IMG/VR virus record: IMGVR_UViG_3300044739_000018
Coordinates: 32,001-96,000 of that record
Source of the DNA: a virus
Direction: 5' to 3' (one strand)
Length of the DNA: 64,000 nucleotides
A model generated the notes under the pieces. That model searched no databases. It had not been told where the DNA came from and was given only the letters and a program-made list of their open reading frames with translations. Position 1 is the stretch's first letter. Every line of letters starts with the position of its first letter. Shown here piece by piece: positions 40,649 through 51,152 of the stretch. Made by a program: the position numbers and the translations under genes.

Positions 40649-40782
40649 CGCCGCCTCCCATGGCGAGCAGAAACAGGAACACCAACGCGAGGATGAACAG
40701 GCCGAGGCCGAACAGCACAAATGCCTCCGGCCAGGTCACGCCATCCTGCACGATCCGGTCCCAAATCTGTGTAGCGAGAATC

Positions 40783-41370
40783 TCAGGCGTCATCGTCGTC
40801 ATCCTCGTCGTCGTCGGTGCCCGCACTCACGCCGACGCCATGGACCTGCTCCATGTGGTAGCGCAGCAACTCCTTGTCATCGTCGAAGCTGATCGGGCAA
40901 AGCTGGCACTGTCCAGGATCGGGGTCCTCGCCGCCCTGGAAGCGCATGTCGGGGAAGAAGTCGTCACCCAAGGACTCACGGTAGGTTCGCTTCTTGCGAT
41001 CCTCCATTTCCTTCTCGCGCTTCTCCTGCAAGACCTTGAACCGCTCGATGATGGCAGGATTGCTCGGGGCGTATGGGTTGGGTCCAGTGTTGGGACCACC
41101 GGGCACGATGCCTGCCTGCGCCCCTGTCTGTGCCTTCGCGACGATCTGCGTGCTGCCACACTCGGGGCAGATCTGCTCACCGAACTCGGGACCGATCCAG
41201 TTGTGCTCGGGTGTCCCGTCGCTGCACAGGTCGGGCACGTGCGGCTGACCCTGGATGGCGTTGCCGTTCTCGTCGATGCACTCAGGTGAGTCGTACTCGG
41301 TGTCGGCCCAGGTTCCTCCGGGGTTGGCCTGGTAAAGCTCTGAGCCGCATTCTCCACAGCTTGTGTTCAT
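40783..41370 (-). CDS. Zn-finger-containing hypothetical protein
   Basis: CxxC pairs and C-terminal C2H2 finger. Confidence 0.55.
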   Translation of the reverse strand: MNTSCGECGSELYQANPGGTWADTEYDSPECIDENGNAIQGQPHVPDLCSDGTPEHNWIGPEFGEQICPECGSTQIVAKAQTGAQAGIVPGGPNTGPNPYAPSNPAIIERFKVLQEKREKEMEDRKKRTYRESLGDDFFPDMRFQGGEDPDPGQCQLCPISFDDDKELLRYHMEQVHGVGVSAGTDDDEDDDDDA

Positions 41371-41377
41371 GGATCTC

Positions 41378-41947
41378 CTAGAGGTTCGGTTGTGCGTTGA
41401 CGCCCTGGATGCGCGCTCGAAGAACGGGTTCGAGAACGTCCGCATACAGCACGTTGCCGGGTAGCTGGTCTGCCGTCAAGGCCGAATGCCTTTCAAGCAT
41501 GAGGTCCATCACGTCGTCGGGAACCCGCTGATTGTGCTCCCGACGCCATTCGGTGTCATTCAGGTACCGGGCGGTGGCGTCGTCAACCCTGAACAGGATG
41601 CTCACGATGGGCACCTGATTGAGCAGAGCAGCCTCCATGACCTCCTTGCGCCAGCCCGAACGAATGTTGGTGCTGTCGAAGTAGACAGGCAGGTGGCGCT
41701 GCATGCGCTCCCGAACGATGCGGTGGGAGATCCCGAACACGAGGTCGTTGGCTGACTGATCGGCTCGGTTGCCAGTGATGACGTGGCGGAAGTGATCGGG
41801 CGACACGATGGCGTGGTGGTCGATGATGCCAGCCTGGATCAGCAACTGGCCCAGGGTGCTCTTGCCCGCGCCAGGAGGACCGACAGGAAGGAACAGCCTT
41901 CCTCCGCTCAGGTCGAGCAGCCCGCCCGTTCCCGTGCCTCCGCCCAT
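41378..41947 (-). CDS. P-loop polynucleotide kinase-like protein (AAA_33)
   Basis: VGPPGAGKST, VSPD..R, FDSTN, RVPDDVM. Confidence 0.85.
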   Translation of the reverse strand: MGGGTGTGGLLDLSGGRLFLPVGPPGAGKSTLGQLLIQAGIIDHHAIVSPDHFRHVITGNRADQSANDLVFGISHRIVRERMQRHLPVYFDSTNIRSGWRKEVMEAALLNQVPIVSILFRVDDATARYLNDTEWRREHNQRVPDDVMDLMLERHSALTADQLPGNVLYADVLEPVLRARIQGVNAQPNL

Positions 41948-42839
41948 CAGATCACGTCCTCGTCCACGTCGAGCCACGCTACGTCCTCGTCGTCGCTGTC
42001 GCTGTCTTGCCTCGCCAGCCATGCTTCGGCTTCGTCCCGCGTGTCGAAGCTGCGGATCACGCCGTCCACTTCATACAGGTCCACCAACTGGTGGCCCGTA
42101 TCCTGACCAGGACCGTCGAGGATGCCCTTCTCCACGCCCTCGTTGTGCGGGACGTAATAGGCGACGATCACAGTTGCTTCTCGCGGGTCGGGATCTTGTG
42201 GATATCCAGCATGGTCTTGGTGACCTCCACGGCGTCGAACCCGCACATCTTGAACACGATGCCATCCACGATGATGGGCGTGGTGCCAAGCTGATTGCAC
42301 AGCGGGCACTTGTCGGGGTCGTTGCTCGGGTCGCCCTCCTGGTCGTAAGGCTCGACAGGCGGTGCAGTACTCATCGGGTGTCTCCCTTTTTGCTGTGGTT
42401 GTGGCTCCAGTCGGAGCGGTTGGCGTGCATTTCGTTGTGTGTTCGGTTCGCATTCACCCAATCGCCGGGTGCAAGCTCACGCTCGTGGTCCATTTCGATA
42501 TGGTCCGCGATCTCCATGAGCTTCTCGATGCGCTTCTGATCCTTCTCGGTCGGCCCGCGCTCGGGATCGGGGAAGGCACCACCCGTGTAGACGAGGCTCG
42601 TCATGCGGGCATCCGGAAGGATCGAGAGGAAGCGTCCCACTCCAGGTCGATGATGCCATCGTCGTCCTTGTCCAAGAGCAGGTCATCAGGGTCATCGTCT
42701 GGGTCGTAGTCGTCGAAGTCACCCTCGTTGTCGAAGTAGACATCGTCCGGGTCGTATGGGTCGTTCGACGACTCGTCGGACCAGCCAAGAGGTTCACCAG
42801 CCTCGTTGACATAGACGGTTGCACCCGCAGTCGGGAACA

Positions 42840-43100
42840 TCAGCACTCCACCTTTACGTGTTCGGCCAGGACGCGCTTGGCGTCGTATGCCTTCTTGCAC
42901 CTGGCGATGGTCTTGCAGGCGATCTTGTCGATCTTCTTGATCTTGCGCTTGGGCACGCTGTAGGGCTGAGTCTCGCCCTTGAACAGCGCGTACTCGGTGA
43001 GTTGGCCCCACTTGTTGCCCTCGGGGTCATACACAAAGAACTCGATGTGCCCATCCCCGAACAGCGTTGTGTCTGCGTACCAGCCCTCGAACACGGTCAT
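42840..43100 (-). CDS. Hypothetical protein
   Basis: GGAGG RBS, ATGA overlap. Confidence 0.55.
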   Translation of the reverse strand: MTVFEGWYADTTLFGDGHIEFFVYDPEGNKWGQLTEYALFKGETQPYSVPKRKIKKIDKIACKTIARCKKAYDAKRVLAEHVKVEC

Positions 43101-43336
43101 CGGTAAACCTCCACCTGCGGCGCCTGGCCCTCGTAGAAGTAGAAGATGAACGGGTGGATGAAGCCATCGAGGAAGATGTCGATGGTGGTCGTACCTGGCG
43201 GCGTGTTACACGACATGCAGCCATGCTTGTCCGCGTCAGAGCTGACGCCCTTGACCTTCTCGGACAGGCCAATGGCGTAGACCATCGTGTCACCGAGAAC
43301 GACCTCAGTCACCGGCACCTTGATGAAGTTAGGCAT
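43097..43336 (-). CDS. Hypothetical protein
   Basis: Packed ORF. Confidence 0.5.
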   Translation of the reverse strand: MPNFIKVPVTEVVLGDTMVYAIGLSEKVKGVSSDADKHGCMSCNTPPGTTTIDIFLDGFIHPFIFYFYEGQAPQVEVYR

Positions 43337-43815
43337 CGGCCAGCACCTTCTCGGCCAGCTTCTCTGCCCGCATGGCGAGGATGGTGTGGTACCGAGCGAT
43401 GCGGTACTCGTTCACCTGGCTGCGGCCAATGGCCTGGGCCACGGTGCGGACGAGTTCGCGGTGCTGATGCACCCACTCGACGTATGCCTTGATGGCCTCG
43501 ATGCCAGTCACATGCACCCTCGGCAGGAAGTCCTTCTTGAAGATGAGCATGATGGCTCGCCGTTCAGAGCGAGCCAGTTTGCTCGGGTCCACGTCGGGGA
43601 AGCGGTGCTGTGCGTGTTCGCAGAATTCGTCGATGGTCACGGTGTCTCCCTTGTGTTGGCGAGTGATGCAGCCAGAAGGTCCAGTTGCATCATGAAGCTG
43701 TCGAGCAGGCCACCGTCGAGCGGTGTGCCATGGATGAGCGGGTGGAACAGGTTGAGCAGGGCCACGGTCCCGCATACGACGCAGCGGAACAGTGAGAAGT
43801 GCCGGATCAGGTGTT

Positions 43816-44103
43816 TCATGCGACTCCGTACATGATGGCGATGCCGTTAAGCACGCGCTCGTTGATTGTGAGCAGGTCCTTCTGAACCTCCACGGCGTTG
43901 CGGGCTTCCTCGACCTGACGCGCAGCACGGTCCCCCACGTCACGGAGCAGGGCAGTTACGGCCTCGCCAGGAGTGAAAGCCTCGTGCTCTGAGTGGAAGC
44001 AGCGGGCCACCCAACGTCCGTTGTCGGCACGGACAGTCAGTTGGAAGCTCGTGCCCGTGGACTGCGCCAGCGCAGCCATGAGCTTGATGAGTTCGTCGTT
44101 CAT
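43816..44103 (-). CDS. Hypothetical protein
   Basis: ATGA overlap. Confidence 0.55.
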   Translation of the reverse strand: MNDELIKLMAALAQSTGTSFQLTVRADNGRWVARCFHSEHEAFTPGEAVTALLRDVGDRAARQVEEARNAVEVQKDLLTINERVLNGIAIMYGVA

Positions 44104-44438
44104 ACCTTCTCCGTGGTAGGCACCTTGGGGTCACGGAAGTTGGCCTGGTCGAGCGTGTCTCGTGCCAGCAGCGTGAGGTACGTGCGTGGCGCTTTGAGCG
44201 CAGCAGGAATGTCCTTGGGATCACCCAGGACCACGGCGTTACGCCTGTCGATCTCGCCGTCGTTGATGCTTCGACCCACGGTCTCGACCACGTAAACGTC
44301 CGTTGACGTGCGGTAGATGCGATGCTCGGTCCACCTGCGCTGCCCAGGCGTGTCGTGCTCGCTGGTCAGATCGGCAAGAACCTCGCCGTCGAACTCCAGA
44401 GGTATGTCATTGGTGCGCTCGATGCGGTAGTGCCTCAC
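44100..44438 (-). CDS. Hypothetical protein
   Basis: L.F.GE.L...RWTE.RIYRT pattern. Confidence 0.6.
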   Translation of the reverse strand: MRHYRIERTNDIPLEFDGEVLADLTSEHDTPGQRRWTEHRIYRTSTDVYVVETVGRSINDGEIDRRNAVVLGDPKDIPAALKAPRTYLTLLARDTLDQANFRDPKVPTTEKV

Positions 44439-44901
44439 TTGCTCGCGAGCAAGGCGTATTCAGCACTCGCCTTCTCGCCGCGGGCAGCTAGCTGCTCCAG
44501 CTTCTCGTTCTTGGTGAGTCCGTCCCAATGGACCTGGCGGATCTCGGCACGTTCGCGACGCTCGGCGCGTCGGCTTCTGCTGTTGTTACGGGGCATGCTG
44601 TCTCCTTGTCTCGGGGATGAGTGTTGAGTATGAGGGAGGATGGACGCCATTGTCCACCCTCCCTCACCGGGGAACTAGCCCAGGCCGACGTGAACGGTGC
44701 GGCCCGAGTTGAAGCTGACGGTGACGACGTTGCCGTCGAGGACGGACTGGAGGTCAGCGCCGGTCATGCCACCAAAGACCCACGAACGAGCTTTGCCGCG
44801 AGCGGCCTTCGGCTTGGCTCGGCGGGCGATCTCGTCTGTGATGCCCTTGCGCTTGAACGTCTTGGTGGTGACAGGGTGCAGTTGCGTGATGGTCAGTTGA
44901 A

Positions 44902-45450
44902 TCACCTCCCTTCCAGAATGTGTAGTGCGTTGTTCTCCGCGTAGTCCATCCACTTGAACTCACCATCGGCTGTCTCACCGATGTTGCCATGGTGGGTGTC
45001 TGACACGTAGAGATCGGGATGGATCTTCGCCAGGGCAGCGAGAGCTTGGTTGACGTGAGCGTTCGCTCGGTCCCTGATTACTGGATTCTGGGTGTAGGGC
45101 GGAGGATCGGCCAGGTCATGCAGGTCGTTGTACGTGTGCTTGACACGCGTCATTACGATCCACTGGCCGCTCGGACTCAGGGCGTGGATGGGAGCGAAGA
45201 AGCGGGCCGCATCCGTGTCCTCGACTGCTGCCCATAGTGCAGCTTCGGCCAAGTTGATCTCGTGGTGGTGCGTCAAACGAGCAACTTTGAGCACGAAGTC
45301 GTCACTCAGTCCGTAGGCGAAACGTGACACGCCTTGGCCGAGTCGCTGCTCGCTGGCCTCCAGGTCTTGCGCCAGGAGCGGCACAGTCTCGTCATTGACG
45401 ACGATCTTGGTGCGCGGCAGCTTGAAGGTGTTCGGTACGTTTGGTTTCAT
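44902..45450 (-). CDS. Protein kinase-like protein
   Basis: LGQGVSRFAY, VLKVA, N..E, DTHHGNIG, MDY. Confidence 0.75.
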   Translation of the reverse strand: MKPNVPNTFKLPRTKIVVNDETVPLLAQDLEASEQRLGQGVSRFAYGLSDDFVLKVARLTHHHEINLAEAALWAAVEDTDAARFFAPIHALSPSGQWIVMTRVKHTYNDLHDLADPPPYTQNPVIRDRANAHVNQALAALAKIHPDLYVSDTHHGNIGETADGEFKWMDYAENNALHILEGR

Positions 45451-45482
45451 TGTCTCCCTGTCTCGGGTTGTAACGGTTATAG

Positions 45483-45553
45483 CAGCCCATGGGGGATTCG
45501 AACTCCCGACGCTTGGCTGAGAACCAAGTGTTTTGCCACTAAACTAATGGGCC
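45483..45553 (-). tRNA. tRNA-Glu (CUC), no encoded CCA
   Basis: Acceptor GGCCCAT/ATGGGCT; anticodon arm CTTGG-TTCTCAG-CCAAG; TTCGAAT T-loop. Confidence 0.85.
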
Positions 45554-45554
45554 T

Positions 45555-45629
45555 TGGGGTGACCACGGAGACTCGAACTCCGCCCTCGGGGACCACAACC
45601 CCGTGTGCTACCGCTAACACTATGGTCAC
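45555..45629 (-). tRNA. tRNA-His (GUG), encoded CCA
   Basis: Acceptor GTGACCA/TGGTCAC, C73, CCA; anticodon arm CGGGG-TTGTGGT-CCCCG. Confidence 0.92.
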
Positions 45630-45635
45630 GCTTAA

Positions 45636-45770
45636 TTGAGGGACGGGATCACCACTCGCTTCCCATCCACGGCTTCGCGACGCCCGCTGTGGTCAAAGCG
45701 GTCAGATGACCTCCCACACGCACGGGCGTCGCGTCACGGGCCTAAGCCTTGTCCGTGTCCCGTCCCTCAA
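45636..45770 (-). ncRNA. Putative structured ncRNA upstream of the tRNAs
   Basis: 13-bp perfect terminal stem TTGAGGGACGGGA/TCCCGTCCCTCAA and internal 10-bp stem GCGACGCCCG/CGGGCGTCGC. Confidence 0.55.
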
Positions 45771-45773
45771 ATC

Positions 45774-46691
45774 TCAGGCAGCGCCAGCCTCGGGCATGCT
45801 GCCACAGGTATTGCACTCGATGACCGTGCCACCCTCCTTCTCAACGAACGTGGTGGTGTCGCCCAGGTCGATCCAGTCGCCACAGTCGGCCACCATCCAG
45901 TCGGCGTAGAGGCTGTCCTTGCCGCCCGGAGCGTACTCCAGCAGGGTATCGGCATTGGCTCGGTGGAACTTCTCGAAGCGGGCCACCATCTTGAACGTGT
46001 CCTCCAGCCACGCATGCGAGCGAGGCGAGTGGTACTCCTGGTAGCCAACGCCCCAGTTGAAGCCAGCCACGCCCAGGTGGTCGAGATCGGCAATGTCCGA
46101 GTACGACCCGATGCCAACCTTGGCCGTGGACTTCTCGACCAGATCAGTCAGCTCGTCGGTTTCGTACTGGTACATCACCACGTCCGTGCCACCACGGTCG
46201 AACTCGATCATCCAGTTGTACTGCTTGTCCGTGTCGAAGTCTCGGCCAGTGGACTGGCCCATCTCCTCGTCGGTGGTCAGCAGAATGTCACACTGGATGC
46301 CGATGGCGGGCAAGAGTTCGAGGATCGTGTACACGCCAAGCCTGTCATCGAGCGCACCCGACGTGACCAGCAGGCCACCGGCTGTCTCGGTGATGGTGGC
46401 GGTGCCATCGCTCTGCACGCTGTCCAGGTGGGCGACAGCGAGCACAGGTGACCCGTTGTCCTTGTACCAGTAGAAGCGGTCGCCGCTACTCCGCCAGCCG
46501 TTGCTGTCCAGTTGCACCTTGTCCGCATAGGCTGAGAAGTCCCATGTGGTGCAAAGATGCGCCAGCTTGTCAGCGTCAAAGGCGTCGCGCACCCGCTGCT
46601 TGGCGGCTGCGCTGGGCTGCTTGCCCTTGGGCTTTGTCATGAGGCGAGTGCCCCATGCTTGGTTGTCGAGGCTGTTGCCAAACGTTGTCAT
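45774..46691 (-). CDS. M28-like Zn peptidase/hydrolase
   Basis: VAHLDSV, LDDRLG, TTDEE.G, EFDR, GSYSDI, GYQEYHS. Confidence 0.8.
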   Translation of the reverse strand: MTTFGNSLDNQAWGTRLMTKPKGKQPSAAAKQRVRDAFDADKLAHLCTTWDFSAYADKVQLDSNGWRSSGDRFYWYKDNGSPVLAVAHLDSVQSDGTATITETAGGLLVTSGALDDRLGVYTILELLPAIGIQCDILLTTDEEMGQSTGRDFDTDKQYNWMIEFDRGGTDVVMYQYETDELTDLVEKSTAKVGIGSYSDIADLDHLGVAGFNWGVGYQEYHSPRSHAWLEDTFKMVARFEKFHRANADTLLEYAPGGKDSLYADWMVADCGDWIDLGDTTTFVEKEGGTVIECNTCGSMPEAGAA

Positions 46692-48025
46692 CACGCTGCT
46701 GCTTTCAGGTTGAAGGTATGGGCGTCCTGCTTGTCGTGTTCCTTGTATGCGAAGTACAGGCTCTCGGTGGCAGCACACGTGGCCTCATCAGCCACGAGGT
46801 AGCCAGCGTTGGAGTTGATGTACTGGTAGTCGGTGGACAGTTCGATCTTGCGGTACGTCTTGCCCGTCAGGTGTGCGACGATGCGGGCAGCGGCATAACC
46901 GCTCAGGTCCCCGTAGGCGTTGAACACCACATAGGCGTCGGTGCTGGTGTGATGCGTGGGCACCAGGCGGTTGGGATAGTCCGCGGCCCAGATGCGGAGC
47001 GGCTGCACCCACACTCGGCCCGTGGGCCAGGCATGAGCAGCGTTCTCGCCCTCGAAGCTCCGCAATCCCATGCCACCCCAGCTTTTGAGAGCGCACCGTG
47101 AGGTTGAGTGGCTGCCCCACCAGCAGGAGCCGTCGTTGCTGAACGCCTCGGCGGACTGGTTGAGGTCACGAGTGAACTCGACGTGCCACGTTGCCTCCGA
47201 ACTGGAGTGCTGTCGAGCCATGTTGCCGATCTCGGAGATCAACTCAGGGTCGAGCTTGACCTTGTGCTGCTTGAACAGCTCGCTGGACAGGCGCTTGGTG
47301 AAGTTGCCTCGCTTGCCCTGCCACAGCGTCCCGACCTCGGTGACTGCCTTCTCCACATCGGTGTAGCTGAGCAGAGGCGTGGCGTCGTAGGCGCACAGGG
47401 TGTCGTAGAGCCTCGACTTGATGCGGTTGATGCCCGCTTCGTCGATGGTGCCCTTCGGCAGATTGACGGTGAGTCGCTCGTCCTGGGTGACCACGCCATC
47501 CCCGTTGGCCGGGAACTCGAACTCAGGATGCGGAGGATCGCACTCACAGCCGATGTGGTTGTGCTCGGCGGCGAAGTCGTTGTCATAGTGCTCGTCGCAA
47601 TCCTCGCAGTACGAGAAGTTGTTGTCGTAGCACGATTCGCAGTAATCAGCGCCTGCGGCATACGTGACGTTGTCCTCAGACACGTAGTCGTCACACCTGG
47701 CGCACTGGATGTAATGACCGAAGCAGTTGTCATCACAGACCTTGCGGTCCCTGTCCACCGTGCTCATGTCGCAGTCCCAGGTGAGCGCGGAGCAGTCGGC
47801 GCAGAACCGGCATTCCTCGCCGGTGAGGTCCTGCACCAGCTTGACGAACTCCTGCTCGGTCTGCTTGGGGTACTGCTGGTACCACCGTGACCACGCCACG
47901 TAGGCTTCGGTCAGGTTCTCATCGCTCGCGTCGTCCACGAGGGTGAGCATGGCGGCGATGACTGGTGCGGTATGGCCTGCGTTCAGGCAGGCGTCGAGTA
48001 CTTCGAGGTATTCCTCGCTGGTCAT
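46691..48025 (-). CDS. Protein with tandem CxxC zinc-ribbon repeats
   Basis: CADC, CDDNC, CARC, CESC, CEDC repeats; C-terminal SCWW domain. Confidence 0.7.
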   Translation of the reverse strand: MTSEEYLEVLDACLNAGHTAPVIAAMLTLVDDASDENLTEAYVAWSRWYQQYPKQTEQEFVKLVQDLTGEECRFCADCSALTWDCDMSTVDRDRKVCDDNCFGHYIQCARCDDYVSEDNVTYAAGADYCESCYDNNFSYCEDCDEHYDNDFAAEHNHIGCECDPPHPEFEFPANGDGVVTQDERLTVNLPKGTIDEAGINRIKSRLYDTLCAYDATPLLSYTDVEKAVTEVGTLWQGKRGNFTKRLSSELFKQHKVKLDPELISEIGNMARQHSSSEATWHVEFTRDLNQSAEAFSNDGSCWWGSHSTSRCALKSWGGMGLRSFEGENAAHAWPTGRVWVQPLRIWAADYPNRLVPTHHTSTDAYVVFNAYGDLSGYAAARIVAHLTGKTYRKIELSTDYQYINSNAGYLVADEATCAATESLYFAYKEHDKQDAHTFNLKAAA

Positions 48026-48415
48026 TGGCTGTCTCGCCTTCTGTTGTTCGGTTTAGTTGTGTTGTTGGGCCTTCATCCATCTAGTCCCAACTCAGCTAGC
48101 GCCCTCATCCTTACCGTCACTAGCCTTCCCCATTTGCTACATGCAGAGCAGAGTCTCGATGGGCATGTGGTATCGCCCAGCCATCCACTGTGCAGCGATG
48201 AGCAGAGCATCCTGCTCATCTATCGCCTCGATGCTGAGTGTGGTCACGAGGACCATGCAGCTACAGCGTCCAGGCAAGAAGGTGTGCGGGCCACCATTGC
48301 AGCCCGGGTCCTTCTGATGGTCATGCGTGGAGCCAGCAGTCATGACCCTGAATCGCTGGGTCGGGCCGGTGCGCACGAAGTCCAGGTCATTCAGGTCATC
48401 ATCCACTGTTCCTCC

Positions 48416-49186
48416 TTACGACTTCAGTGTGGGTTCGAGCCAGAGCTTCTTGCTGAACATCTCGCGCTCCAGGTACGGGAACATCGAGAGCAGGTGCAGG
48501 GTCTTGAGCGTGTCGTGCTTGAACGCCTTGTGGAGTTCCTCGCGGACACGTTCCTCACTCACACCACCCAGCAGGCTCGCAACCTCGGCGTCTTGGAGCA
48601 CGTCCACGACCGTTGGGTCGAGGTTGAAGCTCTTGGTTACGGCGAATCTGATCGCACGCAGAGCACGCAGCCCATCCTCACGCAGTCGCGTCATGGGATC
48701 ACCCACGAAACGAATGTGCTGATGGGACAGGTCCACGCGTCCACCATGCGGGTCGATCACCTTCTGGCCCGTGTGCCACATGCCCCAGCCATTGGTCACG
48801 CTGTAGGCAAGGTTCGCCATGGCGTTCATGGTGAAGTCACGGCGAGCCAGGTCATCCTCGATGGTGCCAGGCTCCACGAAGTCGGGCCTGCGTCCGTCCG
48901 TGCTTGGCCCATCCTTGCGGCAGAGCACGAAGTCAGCAGTCATCCCACGCCACTCGGCAGGGACCTCGTGCTTCTCCGTGTCACGCGGGAAGCGGGCACG
49001 GATGGTGAGGTACTCCTCGGTGCTGAGGAAAATCTCGAAGCCCTCGTTGAGCAGCCACATGGTCATGGCCTCGAAGCTCGGAGCCTCCACAGCGTAGTCG
49101 ATGTCGTTGCTGCGCAGACCGAGAAGCTTGTCACGCACGCAGCCACCGACCTCGTAGGCGGTGATGTCAATGTCCGTTTGGCCCAC
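48416..49186 (-). CDS. cca: tRNA nucleotidyltransferase (class II CCA-adding/poly(A) polymerase family)
   Basis: VGGCVRD.LLG....DID, DLARRDFTMNAMA, EDGLRALRAIRF, VSEERVREEL. Confidence 0.93.
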   Translation of the reverse strand: MGQTDIDITAYEVGGCVRDKLLGLRSNDIDYAVEAPSFEAMTMWLLNEGFEIFLSTEEYLTIRARFPRDTEKHEVPAEWRGMTADFVLCRKDGPSTDGRRPDFVEPGTIEDDLARRDFTMNAMANLAYSVTNGWGMWHTGQKVIDPHGGRVDLSHQHIRFVGDPMTRLREDGLRALRAIRFAVTKSFNLDPTVVDVLQDAEVASLLGGVSEERVREELHKAFKHDTLKTLHLLSMFPYLEREMFSKKLWLEPTLKS

Positions 49187-50130
49187 GGTGCGCCTCCTTC
49201 TGCTTGTTCTCCAGGTAGATCGCCAGTGTCCAGCACCCGAGGCCAAAGGCCACGATGCCAGCGAACGGCGCGCCACCCGTGAGGAAGGACAGGGCACAGA
49301 ACCAGAGGAAGAATGTCCAGAACCTCATGGTGACTCGCTTTCGTTGCAGGGACGGTTGGTGTTGCAGTTGGAACACAGGTGATGCTCGGTGCGACACGAG
49401 ATACCGATGAGCGGGCACTTGTGCTCAGGAACGGAGGGCAGGTGTGCGTACTCGGGGCACATGAAATCCTCGATGAGAGCGATGAGCACTTCCTCGTCTA
49501 CCGGGTCCATGTCCTGGTCGTAGCTGATCTCGACGTACCGCACGCGATGGCTCATCCGCAGGTCCGCCAATCACAGCATGTCATCCCGTCGAGTTCCTCG
49601 ATGATCTCGTCGAGCAGGGCATTGCGAGCGCGTCCGCAGGCGTCATCGGGGTGATTCGTGCGCTCGGACTCGGGCGGGCGGTACGACTCCAGCAGCGCAA
49701 GGATTTGCTCGTACGTCATCCGTGGTGCCGGTTCGGGTTGACGACGATCTCACGCCAGGTGCCTGTCTCGGCAGTCCAGAGCATGAGCGGCTGTGCGTTG
49801 GGGATGGGCTTCCGCCTGCGGACGTTGGTCTGGACCATCGTGCGCAGGGCGTACCAGTAGAGCTTCATGCTGTCTCGCTTTCTTCTTCGATGAGCTGGGC
49901 CAGTTCGTCCGGCGTGAGCGGGAACTGTTCGGTGGCGGCATTGAGTCGGCGGGCCATGCGGTGAAGCTCACGGCGTCCGACGTGCTCCAGGATGATGCTT
50001 GTGAAGCCGCTGTCGGTCCTGACTCGAACCTTCACGTCGAACTCGTCAGGGTCGTAGTCGTCGCTGACTGCTGGCCGACGCTCGACTTCGATGGGTACCG
50101 CCCGCCATGCGTAGAAGTAGTGGGTGCTCA

Positions 50131-50868
50131 TCAGTACGCACTCACTGTGCGGAACCTGTCGAACAGGTCGTTGCGCACCCTGTCACAACAAGCGGAAATG
50201 TCATCGCACTCGTTGTTCATGATGGCCTCGTACCGGGCAAGGTGGACGGAGATACCACAATCCGTCTGCTTGCCGTTGCCTCCACAGCGGAAGCATGGGC
50301 CACCAGGGCCAGTGGGCTTGCCGTTGAGCATGCCCGTGATGAACATGCCCGTCCCGACGCAGCGTCGGCATCGACCGATCTCGTCTGTTTCGGGATTCTT
50401 GCCGTCGTAGGTGCCAGGCTCACAGCCCGCACGGAACTTGCGCCGTCCGTTGGGCTGGATGGTGGAGCGTGGAGCAGGCTTGTCGATGCCAGCAGCCTGC
50501 GCCGCACGCTTGCGTCGACGCAGGTCTGTGGTCTGAGCAGCCTCGCTGTTGGCCCGGATCTCGGGCGTCTCCACGTAGTCGGGGTGCGTGGTCTTGGGGT
50601 GCTTGTCGCAGCAAAGCACCTGCTTGCCCTTGACCACCCGGTACTCAATGTCCGTTGAGGAACATGCCCAGCAGGTGGGCTTCTCGGGTGTGTGCCTGCG
50701 CAGGGTCTGACCGAAGGTCTCGCGTGGCTGGAACTTGCGGGGAGAGGCCACCCTGTCAACTTTCACAACTTCGCGGGCCTCAGCCAGCCCACGCTTGGCA
50801 GCGAAGCAGGCGCGCACGCCATGCCTGTCCTCGTGGTAGCCGTCGCAGCTACCGCATTTGACGCTCAT
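50131..50868 (-). CDS. Protein with DnaJ-type CxxCxGxG zinc motifs
   Basis: CRRCVGTG and CFRCGGNG; ATGA overlap. Confidence 0.65.
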   Translation of the reverse strand: MSVKCGSCDGYHEDRHGVRACFAAKRGLAEAREVVKVDRVASPRKFQPRETFGQTLRRHTPEKPTCWACSSTDIEYRVVKGKQVLCCDKHPKTTHPDYVETPEIRANSEAAQTTDLRRRKRAAQAAGIDKPAPRSTIQPNGRRKFRAGCEPGTYDGKNPETDEIGRCRRCVGTGMFITGMLNGKPTGPGGPCFRCGGNGKQTDCGISVHLARYEAIMNNECDDISACCDRVRNDLFDRFRTVSAY

Positions 50869-51152
50869 GATCCCGCCGCCTCGTCCAGCTTGGAGCACCA
50901 GTGCCCCACGAACTCGCCGGGATTGGTCATGTCGTAGACGGGCAGCTTCACGCCACACACGCAGGCACCAGCTTCCTCCTGCGTGATGGGCGACCACATG
51001 CCCGGATCTCCACCGATGCGATGCGGAGTGTACGCATCCCACTGGTAGAAGTTGCCCGTGTCCTGGTAGTGGATGATCTGGCCGTGTGCGGGCGGCCATT
51101 CGAGGACCAGGCTCACGGACGTGGTGGTCGTGGGGACCTGGATGATCTCCAC
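50865..51152 (-). CDS. Hypothetical protein
   Basis: TAGTG overlap. Confidence 0.5.
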   Translation of the reverse strand: MEIIQVPTTTTSVSLVLEWPPAHGQIIHYQDTGNFYQWDAYTPHRIGGDPGMWSPITQEEAGACVCGVKLPVYDMTNPGEFVGHWCSKLDEAAGS

